Source: Neoconidiobolus thromboides FSU 785 (taxonomy: Eukaryota > Fungi > Entomophthoromycota). From it: 64,000 bases of DNA. A program made the position numbers and the translations under genes. Shown one piece after another: positions 38,746 through 52,183 of the stretch. The notes below the pieces were generated by a model. The model saw only the letters and a list, made by a program, of their open reading frames with translations, made no database searches and was not told where the DNA came from. Where the stretch lies: contig MU626350.1 of assembly GCA_025603075.1 (NCBI GenBank), forward strand, positions 1-64,000, given 5' to 3'. Each line of letters starts with the position of its first letter. Positions within the stretch are counted from its first letter, which is position 1.

Positions 38746-40689
38746 ATGATCATCAAGCCATTGTTTCATTTGTTTTTATCATTCACCTTGGTTAACTCTA
38801 TCGAAATTGAAGTACCTGATCCTTGTGCAGTAATTTCAAAAAAACCGACAGTAAGCTATAAAGATGCAATATCCTGTTTAAATAAAATCGAATTGGCACC
38901 AGAAATAAAAAACTCGGTGTATGATAGTATTGATAAATCGCTTCCATTTTATGCTTTCATTGATTCGGCAAAACGTTCCCCAGAGCCCAATATGCCTAGT
39001 TATATCAACATTAGAGCAGAGTTAGCTACGGTGGTATCAAAGTCATATAAATCCGAAAATGAGTTCCATAATTCGATTACAAAATTTTTTAAGTCTCTTT
39101 ATGATGGCCATCTTAGATACAAGTCGAAATGCGCTACCTTGTTTGAGTTTAAGCAGCCTTTCCCAGTATTCACAGAAGAAAACCAATGGGGAGATGTAAA
39201 AGTCAAAGTGCTTGAAAATCTTAATTACCCAAACGAGCTCATTCAAGCATGGAACTCAGCAGGGGTAGACGTAACTAAATATGCTGGAAAAGAAATCTTA
39301 GCTATTAATGGATTTCAACCTTTAGAATACTTACAACAATATACTAGAGAATACGTTGGAATTTCTAGAGATCTTAACTCACGTATTAATTTTTCTACAG
39401 CCAGAGTTATACAAAAAGGCGGGAAATGGGGCATATACCATGGGGCATTTGCTTCAACAGATATTCCTCCAAAAAACGAAACTATAAATTTTACCTTTAG
39501 AATTGACAATCAAGAGAAAAGGGTTGTTGTTCCTTATATCGCTTTAGTACCACAACAATACAATCTTTCTATGGATTTTATGAAAAATTTTTGCTATCGC
39601 CAACCATTACTCAATGAGTATCAGGTTGGGGACATCAAATTAGGCTATAGTGAAATATCTGATGCTAAAGAAGTAAAAATTGACCAAGCTCTGAATTTCG
39701 AAATAGTTGGTGCTAAGGAAGTAAATAGCAACCAAGTCCTGAATCTCGGAATGGTAAAAGAAGTCAATTCTATTTTTTCGCCACTTTTTGATGGAATTTA
39801 CTTAAAATCATACTTAATTAATGATAAAGTAGGAGTTATTACTATACCTGATTTTGGCCCTGAAAATGAAAACCTTTGGAATGATGAAATCCGTAGTGTA
39901 TTTCAAAGCTTAAAAGATAAAAAGGCTAGTAGACTAATTTTAGAGTTAAGTAACAATGGTGGTGGAAAGATATGCCTTGGGTATAATATCTTAGAGTATT
40001 TATTCCCTAATGCAGAGATCAAAAAATTTGCTACCGATATGCACTATAATCCACTTATTGCTGATGTAGCTAAGTATTTTAGATATCCAAATTATAATTT
40101 TAAGGATAATAGTACTCAAATAGATGGATCTCCAATAAATAATGCAGATTTTTTTAAAGAAACTAAGACTTATACTCGTGGATTAAATACAAGTAGCAAA
40201 TACACAAATTTATTCCTTGACAATTGCTTTGAAAATCCATTGCTATCTTTACTTAATAACAATACTCAACCCTTTAAAACAGAAGACATAATAGTGCTAT
40301 CGAATTCAGTGTGCTACTCGACTTGCTGCCTTTTAGCTTATGGATTACAAGAAATACATGGCGTAAAAAGTTACTCTATTGGAGGACTTAAAAATCAGCA
40401 AGCCACTGTATCTTCAATGGCTGGTGGAATGGTTGCTCCGTTTGAGTTGATAGAATATGGTCTTAAACCATCAAACTTATCAAATCATCCAGATGTTCCA
40501 AAGCCTTTTAAAACCAACTCTGAGTTTTCCTTTCCTATTCGTGAAGCTTATTCTACAAAATTTAATGAGCTTCGTCCTTTAGAATTTACTTGGATTCCTA
40601 CAAGTAAGCGCTTTCCATATAATCCTAATACTACTTTTAACCCTTTCAAAGTCTGGGAGCAAGTTTCTCTAGACGCTTTTGGTATTTAA
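38746..40689 (+). CDS. Secreted peptidase S41 family (tail-specific protease/CPAF-like) protein
   Basis: Signal peptide then DPC; LYDGHL; LELSNNGGG; CYSTC (putative catalytic Ser); intronless. Confidence 0.8.
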   Translation: MIIKPLFHLFLSFTLVNSIEIEVPDPCAVISKKPTVSYKDAISCLNKIELAPEIKNSVYDSIDKSLPFYAFIDSAKRSPEPNMPSYINIRAELATVVSKSYKSENEFHNSITKFFKSLYDGHLRYKSKCATLFEFKQPFPVFTEENQWGDVKVKVLENLNYPNELIQAWNSAGVDVTKYAGKEILAINGFQPLEYLQQYTREYVGISRDLNSRINFSTARVIQKGGKWGIYHGAFASTDIPPKNETINFTFRIDNQEKRVVVPYIALVPQQYNLSMDFMKNFCYRQPLLNEYQVGDIKLGYSEISDAKEVKIDQALNFEIVGAKEVNSNQVLNLGMVKEVNSIFSPLFDGIYLKSYLINDKVGVITIPDFGPENENLWNDEIRSVFQSLKDKKASRLILELSNNGGGKICLGYNILEYLFPNAEIKKFATDMHYNPLIADVAKYFRYPNYNFKDNSTQIDGSPINNADFFKETKTYTRGLNTSSKYTNLFLDNCFENPLLSLLNNNTQPFKTEDIIVLSNSVCYSTCCLLAYGLQEIHGVKSYSIGGLKNQQATVSSMAGGMVAPFELIEYGLKPSNLSNHPDVPKPFKTNSEFSFPIREAYSTKFNELRPLEFTWIPTSKRFPYNPNTTFNPFKVWEQVSLDAFGI

Positions 40690-41223
40690 ATTCACTCATG
40701 AACAAACCTATTAAATATATAAAAAAGCAATGTTTGTAGTGTAGTTTATTTACTATTTTTTATCACTTTAAATTCGGAATCTACATAAATTAGTTGAAAT
40801 GTCAAGATAATTTTTTAGTTAATTGATATGATAGTTGGAAAATAATTTAGCCTGTTAAAGATGCTGAAATATGCTCGTTTTTTATTATCATTAAAATAAA
40901 ATAGTCAATATAACTTTTACTAAATCTGGTTGATTTAGGTTGCTTAAGAGTGTTTTTCATTAATTTTTGTATTTCTAATTTAAAAATTAAACAAATTATT
41001 AGTTAAATTAGTAACAAAAAAAATCTACAGAGTACATTTATAAAAGTTTAAGCTAAAAACTTTAGTAGATTATTTAATTCAAAATAAGCTTTTAGGATAG
41101 GGATACTATCAACCAATTCAAGGGTGCTATTTAATTTAAAAGCAAGTTTGACTTGTTTAATTTGCAAATTTTAAAATGGATTTTGCATTTCGGAAACTCA
41201 AATCATAAACTAAATATTCCATT

Positions 41224-43003
41224 ATGCAGAAATCTTTTTTAAAAATGTCAGAAAAAGAGAAGATTGCTGAGGGATTAGAGGCAGGAACTAGTGATGAAAA
41301 AAAGTTCTCAAGCTTGTATTTATTAAGTAAAGTCTTAGATAAGGAAAAGGAAGAGGACCTGAATTTTTTATTCCAGAAAATGAACTTTAAGTTTCTAGAT
41401 AGGCTATTGAAACAAGGTAGTTAGTTTAAATTTATCTATAACTGTTTGAAGCTAATTTATAGGTATGAATAAAGATCTGGATAATGAAAGCGAGGAGTAT
41501 GTTAAAGATAAAACGATGAATGATCTAGGAATAAATGTAATTTCTCACCTATATTCCTTAGAAAACCAATTTAACAGTGATATTCTACTTGCAAGGATTC
41601 CATTATTACTGAATCATTTAGTCAAAAAGAATCATGAAGATTTACTATTAGATATATTTTATAAGTTAAGTTTAGATTTAAAAAGTAGTTTGTATGTAAT
41701 TAAAGGAAGACCATTGTTTGAAAATAGTTTAATGAAAAAATTAATAGATTATGGTCATGAGTTAATAATTAAAAAAGATAGTAAGAAAGATAAATGGGTT
41801 ACATTAATTTCAAACTTTGGAAAAACTTTATTAAATCAAGAAAATGAAAAAGAGTATCAAGTAGTCATAAACGAATTTTTGAAATATATTGCTGTTCAAC
41901 TGGACGGTGTTGATGTTGAGCATAAGTTGGACTACATGAGTGTAATAATTGATTGTCTCCAAGATTGTAATACAAAAGTTTTAAAGTATTATTTAAATAA
42001 TAACAGCTATGATTTTAGTCAATTGAGAAACAACGTTTATCTATTATTAAATAGTCGACATTCTACAGAATATAAAGATAAAGCAATAATATTAAGTAAC
42101 ATTTTAATTCGACATTTTTCATTTGAATGGCTTAAAGATGAGAAGAAAATAGCCATGTTTTTGGTTAGAATGTCAGCAATTGAAGTAAGAACTCTTCTGG
42201 AAGTGATTCAATACGATAGTTATGATAATCAACCATTCTTTTCTTCGTTGGAAATATTGGGTCATATGACTCAATTCTTGAGCCTAGAAGACTTTACAAC
42301 AATTATAGAAATCGATACTAGTAACATTGTACAACTCATTACTTGGCTAAGGGAATCTTATTTGGATTTATTATACTTTTTAACGGACCATGTTGAGGTA
42401 ATTGCAATTAAAATAATTATGGTTTTATATTAATATTGAATAGTTTAAAGACTCAACACACCATCCATTATTACTACGATTAGCTAATGATATCTGCCAA
42501 TATTTAATTGAAGATAGCTACTTACTAGAAAATGAAGTATTTAATAACCAAACCATTCCTTTAAATAAATTTTTTAATTATTTAGTTATAGTTCTAAAAA
42601 GGTAATTTTACGTATAAAAATAAATTAAAATATTAAAATATTTTATAGTTATGAGGATAATTTAATAGCCAAAAGTTGTGAGATGATAGTTAAAGTTAGT
42701 GAAGTTATATTAATGACGAACTCAATTCCAACTCAAAATTTTGAAGAGGTCATTCTTAATTCAATTGATGATTTAATACCAACTTTGGTGGAACATTTGA
42801 ATTCAAGTTTCTCAGGTGTGAAATTAGATAGTAATAGTACTCAATTTATTCAATTGATAAATGAGAATTACCCTATAATAGATGCTCTTGAATTAATCTT
42901 TCAATTAATTGAATCGAATAACTATACTGAATACAATTGTGAAGACGCCAATTTAGACTTTTATAAACAAATTGTAAAAGTTTACAAAAGTTTAGATATT
43001 TAA
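41224..43003 (+). CDS. Neurochondrin-like helical-repeat protein
   Basis: N-terminal TSDEKKFSSLYLLSK...MNFKFLDRLLKQG and SAIEVRTLLE resemble the neurochondrin family; three short introns. Confidence 0.65.
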
Positions 43004-43020
43004 TTAAAATAAAACAAACT

Positions 43021-45699
43021 TTAATTATAATAACAAATATAAATTATATTCAATTTTTTGAATAGTGAGATTTCCTCCTTTGATTTTTTAAAGTTAATCG
43101 ACGCTGCCTTATTTGTTTAGATTCCGGCTTTGGTGAATTGGAGCTTGATTCACATGACTCCCACACCTTTTGAATTGCTGAATCTGAAATAAAATTAACA
43201 AATCGATTTGCGTAAACTTTAGGATGTACAGCTGAAATAGCATTCTATATGAAATGAATAAATATATAAATTAGATTCAAAATTAAATTACTTTGTCTTG
43301 ACTCATAGATTTCCAATAATGCTCTACTTTTTTAGCATAATTATATGGTGTTAAAATGTCAATAATACCAAAATAATAAATGATATCCCCATCCATATCA
43401 TTTTCATCTGATGAAGAAAATCCACCAGAATCTCTATAAAACACTGCTCTATTAACAAAAAAAGTTTAGCATGATTATTTTGTTCTGTTTGATTTTCACT
43501 TACTCATTTGGTATTCCCTTTAAAGACTTTCCAGACAATGCCACCGGATCAGATACTGCTATTGTCCTTCGTACCATATTAGCTAGCTCAGTACCTTTCT
43601 CTTGACCCCCTTGTAGCACTTTATTTAAATCAGGCTAATAAAAATAACGTATTAAATCACTATTTTATAAATCATGATAAAATAAACCTACCTGAAAAAT
43701 AGATAAGGATCTATCTCTAATACCATCTTGATTACCACGATCTTTAAAATGGATGCCCACTAACAAAGAATAGTCCATAATTTTTAAAGTCTTCAATAGC
43801 TATATTGTATTAATAAATTATGCTAATAGCAATAATATAGTTGCTTACTTTTGCGTCTTTTTCTAATTGCTCGAGAAATATGTTACGTTTTTGAGGTCCA
43901 AAATGAAATCGCCTATCTTTTTCCATCCAATTAAGATCCTTCATTGGTATAATTGGGTTCCTTAAAAATATGCTTTCGTCCACCTTACGCCCCAAAGTAG
44001 ATCCCTATTACAGATTAATAAGCTTAAGCTATATATAGAAAACAGCTATTACTTTTAAATCATATGACTCATGAATATCCTTATTAGGCGGAAAAATGTT
44101 TGCCATTACTACAAAATGAATTTTTCTGGAATATGCTACTTTGACTCGATGCAAGCCGTAAATCCTAGTCAATAAAGTATCTGGATTTTCTTGAATATAC
44201 TAAAATTAAAAATAAATATTGATAAGTTACAACAATATAGTCCTAATATTTACCTTAAAATAATCTGGTAAAATTTTCCTCATAAATCGATGCTCTACAT
44301 GATGTACCGTCTTGATAATAAATCTATAATCCCTAGAATAGTAAAAGAAACTTTTACTTTTCCCTGGAGAAAACAATTCGGATACAATATATTTGTGGGT
44401 TAATGACATCTAATTATATGTGTTATTTAATCAAAACTTAATTAATTCCAAGACTTACTAAATACTCCGCTGGGTCAATACCAAAAATTGTCCTTATTTG
44501 ACGGAATACATTGGGTGCATAGTCTTTAAATTTAAAGTCATATTTAGATGAGGGCACCAACTCATTTCCAGTGCTAAAAAATCTAAGTAAAGTTAACAAA
44601 GTAATATGACTTTAAACTTACACATCAAAAGCGAGTTTATTTGATGCAATAAAGTCTTCTGTTGATAAAGACTTCATTGGTTTTGCTGAGCATCTGGAAA
44701 CCTAAAATTTATATAAATAAATACCATCTTACCATATAAATTGAAACTTACTGAAACTCTAATGCCGGTCAACATATTGTACATCAGAGTATAGTTTTGA
44801 TGTCCTTCAGCTACTCTAGTCCCTATAAGAACTCTATCTTCATCTTCATCATTTGAGCCAATTTTATTAGGTCTTTTTGAGAACCGACGATATTGTTTCC
44901 AACTCTGTTTAGCATCTTCCCAATTACTTACTTGTTCTAGCATAGTCATTTTTCCATTCGATGTGTATGACCTTTGATGTGATTTGACAAAATTAGGCCC
45001 TTTAAATTGAGTAGGATCGAGGGTTTTGGTTCTATGAAACTTTCTATTTTCTTTACTTGTTGAATCTGTCTCAGTTATCGTTGGCGTAGCATATGATGGT
45101 AATAAGATACTTTTTGGCCTAGTTGCACGACTATTTATACTTTGTTTCCTTGAATGCCTTCTATGCTTCTTTACTTCTAACTTATCTTTTGTATCAAATT
45201 TATTACTTTCTATTTTACTTGGCTCCTCGAATACTACCTTTTCAGTTAGATTAATGCTCTTAGAACTCGAGTTTTTTGCTTTGTGGCTATAAGCTTTTGA
45301 ACTCTCATCAAAGCTTATTGATTTTTTATCCATAATTTCTGCATCTTCAGGTTTTAAAAGCTTTTCTGCCTTATTTTCTTGAAATTCTTTGGCATCAGAG
45401 TAAAATGATATAATAGAATCCCTACTTTCATTCGTTTTTTTCCTTGTTCTCGATCTTATACTTTGGCTATACCTTCCTCTTGCCTGTAGATCGTTTAAGC
45501 TTAAAGAACTATACTCATCAATGATCTCAATATTTAAGTGGTTAGCAATTGTATTTAAATCCGGAATATCATTAGATACGTTGATTTTTATTTCACTGTT
45601 TTTATCGGAAAATGGATTTCTATCTTGATCTTGATTACTAGTTACATTGAAGGGGTCCTTAGTATTGGTGACCATCATATTGCTTGCTTTTATTACCAA
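43021..45699 (-). CDS. MSS4: Phosphatidylinositol-4-phosphate 5-kinase
   Basis: [69 protein letters not shown]. Exact start uncertain (ATG at 45678). Confidence 0.9.
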
Positions 45700-46802
45700 A
45701 AGAATATGATTTAAATTAAGAATTTTTTAATGTTATTTTTTTACCAGTGGCTCATTACTCATGGTTTTTAACCAATTATTTTTGTTAAATTTATTTTCAC
45801 CCCCTATAGCCTTTTCACCAATATCGTTTTTAATTTATTAAATCATTGATTACTTATTTAATCTTTCACTCTATTTATCAAAATGTTACTCTGTTTTATT
45901 GGAATAAAAGAATGCGTAAAAAATATTTTCTTGGCTTTTGTTTAGTTTTTCTAATTATGACTTTGGTCTTATTTTAATTATACTATTAGTTTATTACACT
46001 TAATTCATAGGTTTATCAAAAATGAACAAGTTTAAGATCCAAAGTTGTACTCATTATCGATCATATATTTATACCTACCAGCTACACATTTGCTATATTT
46101 GTTATGTATTATATATTACACTTATAATTTATACTTATTAACCGTTTTTGAATTCATTTTGATCATTTTAATATCAACTACACCAATTAACTTTTACTAA
46201 AAGGAACATGCTTACATTACTTTTGTAGAAGCCAAATGTATTAGGTTTTATATTACAACAGAATATTGGAATTGTAAATTACTTTATATTAAAAATTAAG
46301 AAATTTTGCCTCAATAAATGAAACGATATTAATAGTAATCCGAAAAAAGCGCTTATATATCACATTGCCCTTTATAGGTTTTAGTTAAATAATATTAAAT
46401 TATATTAAATTACATAAATTTATAAAAAAGCTCATAATATCAAAAAGTATATTTGATACCACTCAATTCTAATTAAATTGCTATATATAGTGTAGTACCA
46501 AAATAGGTGAGGTTGATAAACAAATGAAAGAATTAAAGCGAAAATACAACGGCAATAAAATGTTCATGTTTAAAAAGAACTTCTGTTAAAATATAAAATG
46601 CATAGAAATCGTAAAAAAATAATAGTATAACTGAAAACTTTAGGTTATTTTAGAATAATTTTTTTATAAACACGCCAGCATGAAAAACATTTTTTAAAAG
46701 TATTGCTCTGCAATTATAGGAGACTATTTTTATATAGTTCAAAAGCTTTGGTAGATTAATGTCTATAAAAGCTCAAACCATTTAACTATAGCTCAGATGA
46801 TC

Positions 46803-47708
46803 TCACTTTCTATCCCTTAAAATATTTTTAAAAAATATTTTCGATTGACGCGAGATACCAGCATGTAAAAATAATAAAAGCATTGAATTAGTAAGTGCAC
46901 CAAGCAAATATAATATGACTGTTAATAAATTTAGTATAAATTGGACGTCCCCTCCTATACCAAACACGTAGGCATGGATACTCTCTGCCAACCCACATAA
47001 TAGAGAGGTAAATGTACAAACCCCATAAGCAATTAAAGTCGTATAAATTCGAATTTTCACCCATTTTATGCTCCACGGTTTTTTTGTAATGGCTCTAACA
47101 CTATGGCTTGAGCTTCCATCAATTTCAATGAATTTAGTTACATTATTGGTATAAATTGCTAACTTCAAATAACAATAAAAAATGGTAAGTAGTCCCAAAA
47201 ACATACAAAGTATAAAGAAATAAAATGTTATTGCTGTTAATAGTGAGTTGTTTGGTATAACCATACATAAACTATCAGAAGCAGCTTTAACAAACAAATT
47301 CTGTGCAGCAGAAATAGAAATTAATACTATAAAGACTACAGAAGCAATCAAAGCAGGAATCGAAAAAAAAAGCAACAAGTTTTGTTTTGTAATATGAGAG
47401 TATCGCTCAATAGCTAGTAAAGCATTAACCATAACTTCAAAAAAAAAGATGGACATTGTTACAAAGCCTAATATTTGGCAGCCTAAAACTGTATCCGTGG
47501 CCTTCTTTTTAGTAATCCATGCATTTATGGTATTGGCCCATCCAACCACTGGTAAAAGATATTCGATGCAACATATAGCAATGATAAAATTGATGTCTTT
47601 TGTCCTTGGCTTTATTTTCGATGCAAGATAAATTAAAAATGAATTAAGAATAGCTATGGTAGCCGATATACTAATCATTATAAACGAATGGGTAGTGAGA
47701 GCACCCAT
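46803..47708 (-). CDS. Seven-transmembrane receptor, class A (rhodopsin)-like
   Basis: Seven hydrophobic segments; LAIERY at the end of TM3; Cys at the top of TM3 (GCQILG) and in ECL2 (SLCMV); intronless. Confidence 0.8.
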   Translation of the reverse strand: MGALTTHSFIMISISATIAILNSFLIYLASKIKPRTKDINFIIAICCIEYLLPVVGWANTINAWITKKKATDTVLGCQILGFVTMSIFFFEVMVNALLAIERYSHITKQNLLLFFSIPALIASVVFIVLISISAAQNLFVKAASDSLCMVIPNNSLLTAITFYFFILCMFLGLLTIFYCYLKLAIYTNNVTKFIEIDGSSSHSVRAITKKPWSIKWVKIRIYTTLIAYGVCTFTSLLCGLAESIHAYVFGIGGDVQFILNLLTVILYLLGALTNSMLLLFLHAGISRQSKIFFKNILRDRK

Positions 47709-48120
47709 TTTTTTTAGAAAGGTGAACAAAGTACATTTATAAAGTTGAATTGACTTATTTATATACGCTGTTTTATTATTCCTGTTTAGCTTAAAAATAA
47801 CTTACTATAAATGGTATTTGCATTCGAAAATATGTGCTATTGATAACTCTTGGAACTGTTGCATATGAGATGCAAATAGATAGTTACCTATTGTTAGCTA
47901 TTATTAAATTTTTACAAGGTGCTTAATATAGAATTTAATCATGTTAAGTAGTTGCACTTTTGAATTTAGTCATTTGAACCCATCTATAGCAATAATAATA
48001 CCCTTTGATACCAAACAAGCATGTGTAAATCATTATAAATAGTATATGAAACTTTTTAAAAATACTTCAAGGCTTAAAACAATATCATCTAATTTAGCTT
48101 ATTATAAGTTATAAAAATAT

Positions 48121-48219
48121 GGGGATGTATTTTTGTGTTTAAGAATTTTACTAATAACTTTTCCGCTTAAATAGCGCTTAAAAAATGGAAAAAGTAATGA
48201 AGTCAAAAAAAACATCCCC
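48121..48219 (+). mobile_element. MITE family A, copy 9 (consensus-like)
   Basis: GGGGATGTATTTTT...AAAAAAACATCCCC; perfect TSD ATAT/ATAT. Confidence 0.92.
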
Positions 48220-49385
48220 ATATAGTTTATCCTATCTAAAAACAATATAAATTAGGATATAATTTAATGAATGACATTTGCTTGTAATAAAGTCCATTAT
48301 TTTTCTATTCATTGTAACATTAAACTTCAAGTAAATAAAAAGTAAAAAGTAATGACTTGAGTCTAAGGACAAATTGTAAGTGATGGATAGATTATATTAT
48401 GAATAGTTTGAATGAAATTTTCATAACTATTATTAACACACTAATACATATGTTTTTATGTTATTATCAAGTATCTAATCTTATTTCAGATCAAAAGGGC
48501 TTTATGCTTGTTATTAGATCACTCTTGAATATTAATTTGATTTGGCTCTTATTGATTGATCTAAATCAAGTTCTCAAATGTATGTATTAAACTACTAGTT
48601 ACTATAAAAAGGCTATTTTATATCAAACCTAAGCTAAACTAGTCTAATGTTCGATTTATTAAGCTTAATCTTGGCATGATAAAAAAGATGGATGCTTCAC
48701 TGAATCTATATTATAAAAATATAATAAAATTTATAAATAACTCACATACTGACTTAAAAATAATATGATTCAATAGTATGCCAATTATATGCGATAAACC
48801 GCTGACTCATCTTTACAAGAGTTGCTTTGAATATTGTATTGTAGTTTATTATCCTTGCCTTCAGTTTCAAGAGTCCAAAGATATAAATATAATGGAAGAA
48901 ACAATAACGAAAAATAGCAATCAATTGATACAAAAGTTATCTACTTTATATTTTATGAATCCAATGTCTATAAAATATAGTATAAAAAGAAAGATAATCG
49001 AATTTACTTTTTAAGATGTTTGATTTTTAATCAAGCTTCATAATAAGATAATAGTTTATAGCTCTCAAAGTTTAGGGTTTGCTTGAGCTTACCAAGCCCA
49101 TGATAACGTCAGCGTTATTGAAATAACTTATCTTCCAAATCATATTGTTGGTAGAGAGCTAGAAAATAGATCTAATTGCTATTATTCTCAGTTTGTAAAG
49201 GTTCAATATTGTAGCTATCATAGGTTTAATAACTCCACGTACTTGGATTATGTAGCTGTTATTTTAATTCTTCTTGCTTCTATTAATATCCGTAAGTTTA
49301 ATACTCGAGCGCTAAAGGTCGATAGACATACTGTGAAAAAAGTGTTAGTTATTAGTTTATTTGGTGACAGTTGATATTACTGCAT

Positions 49386-49481
49386 GAGGATGTATTTTTA
49401 GATTTAAGAATTTTACTAACAATTTTTCCGCTTAAATAGCGCTTAAAAGAGAAAAAGTGATGAAACCAAAAAAACACTCCC
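49386..49481 (+). mobile_element. MITE family A, copy 10
   Basis: GAGGATGTATTTTT...AAAAAACACTCCC; flanks GCAT/ATAT. Confidence 0.88.
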
Positions 49482-49892
49482 ATATAGAGTATCAAATGGT
49501 TTGAATTAGGCGTGCTATTAGTTTGTTGTTATACAGTAATAGAGGCTATATTGGTCAATGAATTGTAGAATAAACTATAGGCATAAAAAAACAGGTTCTT
49601 TTAGATGCTTGCCCCAATCCTTATAAATCACCACTATGATTAGCTCAATAACAAATTTTGTTCATATTATTAGAGTATTTGAAAATCACCATCTTCTACA
49701 CTGTGCTTATTTTGCTTGTATAGAATTTAATACCTTAAGTATATAAACTCATAGCTTACCTTTTGAAATTTTAATTGCAATTGATTATAATAATTTTTTA
49801 GTTCATCTAAACTAGTACAATAATCTAGGTATAATAGATAGTATTTAAAAGGAGCTTGAAAAACAAATAAGTACAATGATGAATAGTTAAGT

Positions 49893-52183
49893 TTATTTAT
49901 AAAATCTTTCAAAAATGGGGAGAAATTCTTCCTTTACTGCTTTACGTTTGATTTTAAAACTAAGAGGATATTAACTCAATATTTGTATTATTATTATGTA
50001 ACTTACGTATCATTTAAAAGACCGTTTTCTAAAGTAAATGGAGTAGGATGGAGATGGATATATTTAGGAATTTCGAAGCTAAAATAATTAATACAAGACA
50101 ATAAATACAGTATGAAAAATACCTAGCAAAGCCAGCCTTTTCGCAACTATCTTTTATCTCTTCCAACAGTAAACTATTTAATTTAATATTTTTGCATGCA
50201 AACTCCATAGTTGAATTAGAATCATTCAATTTTTGCTGAGCCCATTTCAAATAATTTTTTTCGTCTGGTATAATTAATGCCACTACATAAGAATCTGTAG
50301 GCTGGCAATATATAAAAGACTGGAAAATCAAAGGATTGTAGTTTATTGTTTTTTCTATCCTCTCAGGAGCAACATGAAAGCCTAAAAATCGAATCAATAC
50401 TCATATTTATAAGTCATAAAAATAACTACCGTCATTCAATTTAAGCATATTGGACTTTCTATCGATAACATATAGTCTTCCTTTTTCATCTACCATACCA
50501 ACATCTCCTGTCAAGAACCAACCATCTTCAGTAAATGCTTCTTTTGTAGCTTTTTCATTTTTAAAATATCCTTTAAATACATTTGGACTTTTAGCACATA
50601 TTTCACCACGAGGATATGGTTTATCGCTACTTAAGTATCCCTTATCTGGTAAATCGAGTAGTTTGATTTGTACACTTTTTAAAAATATTAAAAAATAAAA
50701 ATATTGATCATTCTAGTTACCTAGGAAAAGGTGCTCCTACACTCCCAGAGTCACTATCATATATCTCGGTCATTGAAATACCAAGTGCTTCAGTTGAACC
50801 GTAGCCTAAAACAATAAGTTTCAATGTTATATGAACAAAGCTTAAGTACCTTCTACGATATTAGCTGATAGTACTACTTTTATTGTATCTAAAACTTCTG
50901 ATGGGATTGGAGCCGATGCAGTGGTTAATAAAGCAATTTCTCCACCTAAAGATTCACGAAATTTTTTGAAAATATGGTCATATTTATCTGATTCAACGCC
51001 TTTTCCTGCTTTCATATCAATTAACTTTTGCTGAATAGCTTCCTTTAATAAAGAAGAATTTGAATCGGTTGAATTACAGGCTGCCTCGATAGAACTATAA
51101 ATCTGCCATAATATCTTGGGCACTGTAACCAACTTAGTAGGTCGGAGCTTTTGAATATCATCCATGAAATTTAACATAGAGCCAGAATTAAATCCAGCTC
51201 TTCCTTGACAAGCAATAACACCTATTAAATTTGCTCTCTCATACGTATGTGCTAAAGGCATATAAGAATAGGAAGTAGCTAAATCCAAACCTTTATAGTC
51301 TTCGCTTTTGATATAAAAATAATCTAAATAGTTCGAATGAGTGGACATCACTCCTTTAGGTAACCCAGTGGTACCAGAAGTGTAAGCTATAACATATATA
51401 GAATCTGGTTTAGGGGGATTTGGGATAAAAGGATTGGCTTTACCTAAAGACTCTATTTCATTGAAAAAAGTTAATTTAATATTCTTATTTTCAGCCCAAT
51501 TTGTGAAATTGATTTTATCATCATTCTCAACAATTTCGTCAAAACAAATCAATACTTTAATTTGGTGCAAATTTATATTATTTTGTTGTAAAAATAGTAA
51601 ATTCCGCTTATTTAAAATGAGGATCTCAATTTCAGAATGACTGATTATATGATTCAATCTTTCTTTTCCATAAGTATCATAAATACCAACAGTTGTATAG
51701 CTTCTAAAGCACATAGCTAGTTCACTTATTACCCATTCACTGCGATTATTTGAAAAAATCCCTATTGTTTTTATTTCTTTATTGGTGTATAAATCATGCT
51801 CTTGTACCAAATATTCTAGCCCACTTGAAACATCACTAGCTCTCCCGTACACTTCTTTATAACTTTGATAGCAATAATCACCCAATTTGTTGTTTTGTTT
51901 TTCTCTAGTTCCAAGGAAATCACTATCTGGTGCTTTTTGATACGCTATTTTTTTCTTCATTATCAATTACTTTAATTTATCTTTAATCAAACTTACCTTT
52001 TACAAATAGCTCATATAATGTCCTGGGATGCGGTTTGTCACTTATTGGTTCAATAGAATTTGCATTCATATAGATGCCTACCTAAAATTCAATACTTTTA
52101 TATAAATAAAATAATGTTTTATTACCAGTTTGACCTGGCTTTCTAGTGTTAGGCAATTCACAAGCAAAGACTTTAGCTGTCAT
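49893..52183 (-). CDS. Long-chain acyl-CoA synthetase (FAA family), multi-exon
   Basis: YTSGTTGLPKG, YMPLAHTYER, YGSTE, GEICAKSPNVFKGY, WFLTGDVG, IDRK. Confidence 0.9.

Noticed and set aside
49020-49375. ~95-codon Met-less open frame ending just before MITE copy 10, plus track ORF 48778-49014
   Set aside because: No recognisable homology; may be decayed coding sequence or chance.
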